From: Streptosporangiaceae bacterium | Lineage (GTDB): Bacteria > Actinomycetota > Actinomycetes > Streptosporangiales > Streptosporangiaceae | Length of the DNA: 37,951 nucleotides | Direction of reading: 5' to 3' | NCBI GenBank assembly: GCA_030044595.1 | Contig: JASHVM010000052.1 | Location: forward strand, 1-37,951 | The notes under the pieces: generated by a model | What the model saw: only the letters and a program-made list of their open reading frames with translations | The model's database searches: none | What the model was told of the DNA's origin: nothing | Position numbers and translations under genes: made by a program | Shown: piece after piece, positions 17,528 through 24,500 of the stretch | Layout: each line of letters begins with the position of its first letter | How positions within the stretch are numbered: position 1 is the first letter of the stretch

Positions 17528-19224
17528 CCTCGCAGTGCCGAGGCGAATAGGGCGGGCAGCTTCGCTGCCGATGGCGCCGCGGCGAACTCCGTGAGTTTGC
17601 GGGCGGTGGACTCGGAGGTCTTGTTGGTCAGGAACCACGGCGGCTTGGGGAACAGGGTGTTTTCGCCGGCCGTGATCGAGCGCGGGAACGGGTGGAACGG
17701 TGCGGACACCACGGTCTTGAGCGGCTTGTCGAACATCAGCGCGTTGTGTACCACCCCGATGCCCGATTGCACGTCGGTGTAGGTGTGACCGGGGTAGGCG
17801 CCCCAGGCGGCGCGGGGGATCAGGAACGCAGCAGCCGACCACGCGTTGATCCCGATGCCCCCGTACCGCAGGGCTGCGATGGCGCGGTCGAATTCCTCGC
17901 CGAGCTCGCGTCGCGTCTTCGGGTGCACGATCAGGTTCACCGATAGCGTCCCGTACAGCCTGTCGTTGCAGAACTCGACGGCGTGCCGGAGGAACTCCGC
18001 CGCGTCCCCCGGCAGCGACGTCGTCACCATGGCCGGCGCGAAGAACTCGTTACGGAACCCGTAGTGGTCCAGGCCCGGATCCAGGTCGGCCACGAACACC
18101 CGTTTCGCACCGCCGCCCAGCACCTCGGCGGCGGGCTCGGCTTGCTGCAGCGCGCTCAGCCGCTGCTCGGTACCGGGGTAGTAGGCGGGCCTGGGTTCGG
18201 AGTCGTCCAGCCCGCGCCGGACCTGTTGCAGCATCTTGGCGCGGCCGTCCCAATCGGCGGGAAGGATGAGGACCTGGCTGGCGACGCAGTTGTGCCCGGA
18301 GTTGTGCAGCTTCTGCGTGACGGCGTGATCGGCCTGATACCGGAAGTCGGCGTCGGTCCACGGCCCGGGCAGCACGATGGTCCCGCCGACGCCGCCGAGC
18401 TCGGAGTTGATCGGCTTGCCGACGACTCGGTCGTCGGCTGCCTTGCGCCGTTCGCCGTCCTCCCCCGGGCCGTACACGACCAGGTCGTGGGTGCGGGCGC
18501 TGCCGGTGATGTGGATGGCCTGCACCGCGTCGTGACGGGTCAGGTACTCACCCACGTCGGCGCCGCCGTAGACGAAGGCCAGGTACCCGTCACGTATCAG
18601 CTGGGCGAAGACGTCCTCGAAGATCGGCCCGAGGTACTCGTTGACCGGGTTCATCTTGCAGATCACGACCTCACCGCAGTTGATCATGCGGTCGAGGATG
18701 TCCAGCGGCACGATGGCCGAGACGTTGCCGGCGCCCAGCACCAGGGCCAGTTTGCCCTCGGGATCCTCCCGGCGGTAGAAGCCGGCCATGTTCTGGCGCA
18801 GGTTCTGCTCGGTCACGCCGTCTTGCATCCACACGTCCGCGGTGACGCCGTGGAACAGCAGTTCCTCGTAGACGTCGTACGGAAGCACCCGGGCGACCAG
18901 CGTGCCGTCGACGCTGCGGCGCAGCTTGACGTGCTCCAGCAGATCCGCGTCCGTGTTGAGGTCGGTGAGGGTCTGGATCGACGCCGAGAGCCACGCCACC
19001 ACCCCGTACGGGCCGGCCAGCCACGCCTCGGCGCCGACCAGGGGCGAGCCGGCCTGCAACTGCTTGGCCTTGGTCTCGGCGTCAACCCAGCGCTGCGCGT
19101 TGGCCAGCGTGGCCTGGCGGACCTCGGTCAGGTACTGGATCTTGTCCTTGATCGGCAGCCGCGCCCACATCGTCGTGTGGTCGGCGAGCTTGGCCAAAAG
19201 CTGATCCAGATGTTGGGTGTCCAC
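17524..19224 (-). CDS. Aldehyde dehydrogenase superfamily protein (long, about 566-aa form)
   Basis: It has the ALDH-like segment ELGGVGGTIVLPG and the Cys region NSGHNCVASQVLILP, plus LVLGAGNVSAIVPLD. It is the first gene of a two-gene operon with the GMC oxidoreductase. Confidence 0.75.
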   Translation of the reverse strand: MDTQHLDQLLAKLADHTTMWARLPIKDKIQYLTEVRQATLANAQRWVDAETKAKQLQAGSPLVGAEAWLAGPYGVVAWLSASIQTLTDLNTDADLLEHVKLRRSVDGTLVARVLPYDVYEELLFHGVTADVWMQDGVTEQNLRQNMAGFYRREDPEGKLALVLGAGNVSAIVPLDILDRMINCGEVVICKMNPVNEYLGPIFEDVFAQLIRDGYLAFVYGGADVGEYLTRHDAVQAIHITGSARTHDLVVYGPGEDGERRKAADDRVVGKPINSELGGVGGTIVLPGPWTDADFRYQADHAVTQKLHNSGHNCVASQVLILPADWDGRAKMLQQVRRGLDDSEPRPAYYPGTEQRLSALQQAEPAAEVLGGGAKRVFVADLDPGLDHYGFRNEFFAPAMVTTSLPGDAAEFLRHAVEFCNDRLYGTLSVNLIVHPKTRRELGEEFDRAIAALRYGGIGINAWSAAAFLIPRAAWGAYPGHTYTDVQSGIGVVHNALMFDKPLKTVVSAPFHPFPRSITAGENTLFPKPPWFLTNKTSESTARKLTEFAAAPSAAKLPALFASALRG

Positions 19225-19518
19225 GGTGGTCTCCTCGGCTCGCCGGGCGTCACGTCGGCACGTTGGCCCCAGCCTGCTGATATTGCCACGCTAATCCCTG
19301 CCGCCGAGCCTTGCCAGCGGCAAACACGATGCGCGAGACACCTTGCCTCAGCGCGGGCCTGGCGTATCGGATAGGCATTATGGCGCGATCGAGGCATACA
19401 TGATGCATCCCGGGTAGGCCAGCTGGGAAGGGCACATGTCGCAGCCGTCACACGCCAAGGTCGCGCCGCGACCAGACAGGACGGCCGCAGCAGGCCAGGT
19501 TCGTTCCGGAGGTGATCC

Positions 19519-21528
19519 ATGAAACCGTTCGTGATCAACCGGCATGGCCGCCTGGTGTTCCCCGCTAATTTCCTCGGCGACCTGGACTTCTCGGTCCTGG
19601 ATACGCTCGATCAGTTCACCGCGGTGATCGGGCGGGATTTCGAGGCGAAGGCGCCGACAGGAACCGACCTGCTCGCCCGCGTCGAGTCCGGGGCGTACAC
19701 CAGGCGCTTTGAGCTGCTGCGCGACCTGGGCCAGAACCTGTACTGGGCCAACCGCTACTCCATCACGATGTTCGACAGGCGGCCGACGCGCTGGCGCGAC
19801 CTCGCGAAGCGGCGCGACGACATCTTCCTGCCCATCCTGACCCCGTGGGAGGACCGTGAGCGCAAGGTGGCCGCGGTCGAACGCGCCTTCCGGTCACTGC
19901 CGGCGACGTGGGACGCCGAGACCGAGAACACCATCTTCGACCTGCTGTTCGACCTGTTCAGGAACAAGCTGTACCACGCGACGGAACTGCCGGCGATCAA
20001 GCCGACGGTGGCCGAGTTCCTGGACCAGCCCGGCGCGCTGACGTTCGTCATGCCCGCCTGCGACCCGGACTACCCGGTCTTCCGGATCGAGGACATCCTC
20101 GACGCCGATGAGAGCGTGCCCGAGCTGGAAGCGCTCATGCGCTGGGCGATGGTGCTGCACAACCAGTACCCGTGGGATCGCTCCCGCACCGAGCTACGCG
20201 GGCCGGCCGACATCGGCGACGACGACTTCGTGGTTGCCTTCCACCCGCGTAACCGCGACGTGATGGCCTTCATCGAGCGGGTCAAGCGCCAGGAAACCGC
20301 GGCCGGCCGTGCGGTCCTGGGGAGGGTGGAAGCGGTTGAGGAGGTCGAAGGGGTGGGAGGGGTCGAAGGGGTGGAAGGGGTCGCGCCCGCCGCGCCGTAC
20401 CCGCCCGTACGGGTGCGGGAAGCGTTCGCGGTCCAGCCGAAGCTCGAGGCGCTGGCGATCGTGCGCGGCGAGCATGTCTGCGACAACACCGACGTGATCA
20501 GGAACGCGAGCTTCTCCTGGTCGCCGATGAGCGCCGACGAGATCAGCGCCAAGACCGGCATCCGGCAGCGCCGCTACACCAGCCGGGAGCCCGAGCGGCT
20601 GGCGCTTTACGCGGCCAGGGCGGCGCTGGCGAAGTCCGGCCGCTCCCCCAGCGACATCGGCGCCGTACTGGTCAGCACCTGCACGAGCAACCGGCAGATC
20701 CCGTCGACGGCGTGCTGGCTGTCCGGCGAGCTTGGCTTGCTGCAGACGCACGCCTCGGCCGACCTGGTGGCGGCCTGCGCCGGGCTGCCCTACGGGCTGG
20801 CCGAGGCCATCCGCCAGCTCCAGGAGGTCAACCGGCCTGTCCTGCTGGTCTGCGTGGAAAAGTTCTCCGACAAGATCGGCAGCGTCCGCACCTCCCGGAT
20901 GATCTTCGGGGACGGGGCCGCGGCGATGGTCATCACCCCGGCACCGGCGCGGGAGGCGGGGGACGTGGTAGTCGTGCAGACTTACGCGAGCGGGCCGCAC
21001 AGCGAGGTCAACTCGATCATCTGGCCGAACCCCGAATTCGACGGTGACATCACCGTGTACGGTCCGGAGGTCAAGTCGCTGGTCCAGCGCTACCTGGTCC
21101 AGATGCTCGACGAGCTCGGCGCGCAGCCGGATCCGGACGACCCGCGGCGGACGCTGCTGGAAAGCATCGAGCTGATCATCCCGCACCAGGCCAACAAGAC
21201 CATGATCCTCAACCTGGCCGACAAGGCCGGGCTGTCCGCTGACCATCTGTACTTCAACGTCGAAAGGATGGGCAACGTGTCCGCAGCGAGCATTCCGATC
21301 GCGGTCCACGACGCCGTACGCGACGGCGTGATCACCCGTCCGACCCGGGTCTTCGCACCGGGCTTCGGGGCCGGCGCGGTCGGCGGTTACGCCGTGATGC
21401 GGGTCGACCCGGCGATCGTCGCCGATGAGGTAGTGCTGGATGTCCTCCCGGACGCCCGCCGGGCCGGGGTGGCAGCTCAGCGGGCGGGAAGTACGACAGA
21501 CGACATCCGCGCCGCCTTCGGCGGGTAG
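19519..21528 (+). CDS. Fusion protein: unrecognised N-terminal domain (about 270 aa), Gly/Val/Glu repeat linker, and a KAS III (FabH-like 3-oxoacyl synthase III) domain
   Basis: GGAGG (19508-19512) sits 6 nt upstream of the ATG. The C-terminal half has KAS III triad contexts: Cys in DLVAACAGLPYG, His in IIPHQANKTM and Asn in ERMGNVSAASIPIA. I recognise no family in the N-terminal half (MKPFVINRHGRLVFPANFLGDLDF...). Confidence 0.85.
   Translation: MKPFVINRHGRLVFPANFLGDLDFSVLDTLDQFTAVIGRDFEAKAPTGTDLLARVESGAYTRRFELLRDLGQNLYWANRYSITMFDRRPTRWRDLAKRRDDIFLPILTPWEDRERKVAAVERAFRSLPATWDAETENTIFDLLFDLFRNKLYHATELPAIKPTVAEFLDQPGALTFVMPACDPDYPVFRIEDILDADESVPELEALMRWAMVLHNQYPWDRSRTELRGPADIGDDDFVVAFHPRNRDVMAFIERVKRQETAAGRAVLGRVEAVEEVEGVGGVEGVEGVAPAAPYPPVRVREAFAVQPKLEALAIVRGEHVCDNTDVIRNASFSWSPMSADEISAKTGIRQRRYTSREPERLALYAARAALAKSGRSPSDIGAVLVSTCTSNRQIPSTACWLSGELGLLQTHASADLVAACAGLPYGLAEAIRQLQEVNRPVLLVCVEKFSDKIGSVRTSRMIFGDGAAAMVITPAPAREAGDVVVVQTYASGPHSEVNSIIWPNPEFDGDITVYGPEVKSLVQRYLVQMLDELGAQPDPDDPRRTLLESIELIIPHQANKTMILNLADKAGLSADHLYFNVERMGNVSAASIPIAVHDAVRDGVITRPTRVFAPGFGAGAVGGYAVMRVDPAIVADEVVLDVLPDARRAGVAAQRAGSTTDDIRAAFGG
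20326..20379 (+). repeat. Three tandem 18-nt coding repeats (GTCGAAGGGGTGGRAGGG) forming the G-rich linker VEAVEE/VEGVGG/VEGVEG
   Basis: The units were read directly at 20326-20343, 20344-20361 and 20362-20379. Confidence 0.85.
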
Positions 21529-21532
21529 CGGG

Positions 21533-24500
21533 ATGAGCCAGCGGCCTGCCTTCGAGCGCATTGCGGTCGTCAACCGGGGCGAGCCCGCGATGCGGCTGAT
21601 CAATGCCGTGCGGGAGTGGAACGCCGAGGGGCGGCCCGCCCTGCGCGCCATCGCCGTCTACACCGCCGCCGACCGGCGGGCGACGTTTGTCCGTGAGGCC
21701 GACGAGGCGGTGCTGATCGGCCCGGACCCGTCCTCCGGTGACGACGCCGGGTTCAGCGCCAGCCCCTATCTCGACTACGCCGAGCTGGAGCGCGCACTGC
21801 GGCAGTGCCGGGCGGACGCGGTGTGGCCCGGCTGGGGGTTCGTTTCGGAGAAGGCCGAGTTCGTGGAGCTGTGTGACCGACTCGGGATCACCTTCATCGG
21901 CCCCTCCGCCGAGGTCATGCGCAGGCTGGGCGACAAGATCGGGGCTAAGCGGCTGGCCGAGCAGGTCGGGGTGCCGCTCGCCCCGTGGAGCGGCGGCCCG
22001 GTGGCCGATCTCGGACAGGCCCGCGCCCGGGCCGAATCGATCGGCTACCCGCTGATGGTCAAGGCCACCGCGGGCGGCGGCGGGCGGGGCATCCGGCTGG
22101 TGCGCTCCGCCGAGCAGCTCGATGAGGCCTTCGAGCGCGCGCGGTCCGAAGCGGCGAAGACGGCCGGGGACGCGACAGTCTTCCTGGAGCAGGCGATCCG
22201 CGGCGGCCGGCACGTCGAAGTGCAGGTGATCGCCGACGCCGAGGGCACCGTCTGGGCGCTGGGCACCCGGGATTGCAGCGTGCAGCGGCGCAATCAGAAG
22301 GTGATCGAGGAGTCCGCTTCGGCGGCGCTCAGCGACGAGCAGGAGCAGCTGCTGCGCGCGCATGCCGCCGACCTGATCCGGGCCGCCGGGTACGTCAACG
22401 CCGGGACGGTGGAGTTCCTCTACGAGCCGGGCAAGCGGCTGCTGTCGTTCCTTGAGGTCAACACCCGGCTCCAGGTCGAGCACCCGGTCACCGAGATGAC
22501 CACCGGCGTAGACATCGTCAAGCTGCAGCTGCATATCGCGGCGGGCGGCACGCTCGCCGCGATCGGCTCCGCCGCGCCGCCGCCGCGCGGGCACGCGATC
22601 GAGGCCCGGCTCACCGCCGAGGACGCGGAGCGCGATTTCGCGCCCGCGCCGGGCCTGATCGAGCACCTGGCCCTGCCGGCCGGCCCCGGCATCAGGGTCG
22701 ACACCGGGGTGGCGCCGGGTGACGTCATCCCGCCGCAGTTCGATTCCATGATCGCCAAGGTGATCGCCTGGGGCCGGGACCGCTCCGAGGCCCGGGCCAG
22801 GCTCTCCCGTGCGCTCAGGCAGACCGCGACGGTAATCCAGGGCGGAACCACGAACAAGGCCTTCCTGCTCGACCTGCTGGACCGGCCGGAATTCATCCGC
22901 GGCGAGGTGGACACCACCTGGCTGGATGCGATCATGGCCGACGGCTACGCGCCGCCACGACGGGTCGACGTCGCCCTGCTGGCGACCGCCTTCGAGGCGT
23001 ACGAGGCGCACGCGCGACGCCAGCAGGACCACCTGTTCGCCTCCGCCGAGCGCGGGCGTCCCGAGGTCGGCCACGAGACGTGGTACCAGGTCGACGTCCG
23101 TGCGGGTGGTGAGGCCTACCGGCTGCGGGTGTCGCGCAGCCGTCCCGTCCGGTACCACGTGGAACTGGACGGGCGCTCGGTGGAGGTCGATGTCGAGCGA
23201 TCCGGCCGGTTCGAGCTCAGGCTGAGCGCGGGCGGCCAGACCTTCGACGTGCTCTCGGTCGCGCAGGGCCCGGACTACCTGGTGGAGGTCGACGGCGCGG
23301 TGCACCGGATCTCCGGCGGCGAAGCCGGGCTGGTCCGAGCCCCGGCCCCGGCGATGGTGGTGGCCGTCCCGGTCGTGGTCGGCGCGGAGGTCGCGGACGG
23401 CGACGTCGTGGCCATCGTCGAGAGCATGAAACTGGAGACTGCGCTGCGCGCCCCGATCGCCGGGCGGGTCGCCGAGGTGTTCGCTGACGTCAACACCCAG
23501 GTCGAGAGCGGCGCCAAGCTGCTCCGGATCGAGCAGGATTCCGACCAGCCCGCAGAGGCGGAAGCGGGGGCTCGGGGCGATCTGTCCGCGCTGGCCGGTG
23601 AGGGTGCCCCAGCCCCCGGCGACCCGGTCTTGACCGCCGCCGACGCGCTGGTCGCCCTGCGCTCCCTGGTTCTCGGCTTCGACGTGGACGAGCAGGAGGC
23701 CAGACGGCAGCTGCGCAGGTTGGCGACGGCGCGGGCGGACCTGGCCGCGGACGACCCGCGGCTGCTCGCCGGGGAGGCCAAGATCCTGCAGATCTTCGCC
23801 GACTTGTCCGCGCTGTGGCGCAACCGCCGGGACGCTGGCGAGGCCGAAGCCGAGGTGGCCGTCGACGATGAGGCCGCCCGCAATCCGCAGGAGTACCTGC
23901 ACGCGTACTTGCGTTCCAGGGACGCCGACGTCGAAGGGCTACCCGAATCTTTCCGGATCCGGCTGCGGCGGACGCTGGCGCACTACGGTATTACCGAGCT
24001 AGCCGCCTCGCCCGGCCTGGATCCGGCGCTGTACCGGATTGTCCTTGCCCACCGCCGGGCGGCCGCGCACGCGCCGATCGTGTCGGAACTGCTGCGGTGG
24101 CGGCTGGACCACCCGGAATCCCTGCCCGATGAGGCTCGCGACGACTACCGGCGGGTGATCGACCAGCTCGTGTCGGCCACCCAGCTGCGCCACCCCGGGG
24201 TCGGCGACCTGGCCCGGCAGGTCCGCTACCGCTGTTTCGACGCCCCGCTGGTCGCCGCCGAGCGGACCCGGGCCCTACAGCAGGTACGCGCGGAACTCGA
24301 CCGTTTGTCGCCGGAACCCGAGGCCAGGGCGGCTCAGATCGACGCGATCGTCGCCTCGGGCGAGCCGATCCTCGGCGTTTTCGCCGCGCGGCACCATCCG
24401 GTCATGCTCGAGGTGATGACCCGGCGGTACTACCAGATCAGGCCACTGCGCCACGTCCGGGTCAGCGAGCGGAACGGCCGGCCGCTGCTGACCGCGGAGT

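Noticed and set aside
17983-19374. 463-aa + strand ORF
   Set aside because: It is antisense to the aldehyde dehydrogenase gene and has shadow composition.
20194-23902. 485-aa and 856-aa minus-strand ORFs (20194..21651 and 21332..23902)
   Set aside because: They are antisense shadows of the KAS III and carboxylase genes, whose sense frames carry unambiguous catalytic motifs.
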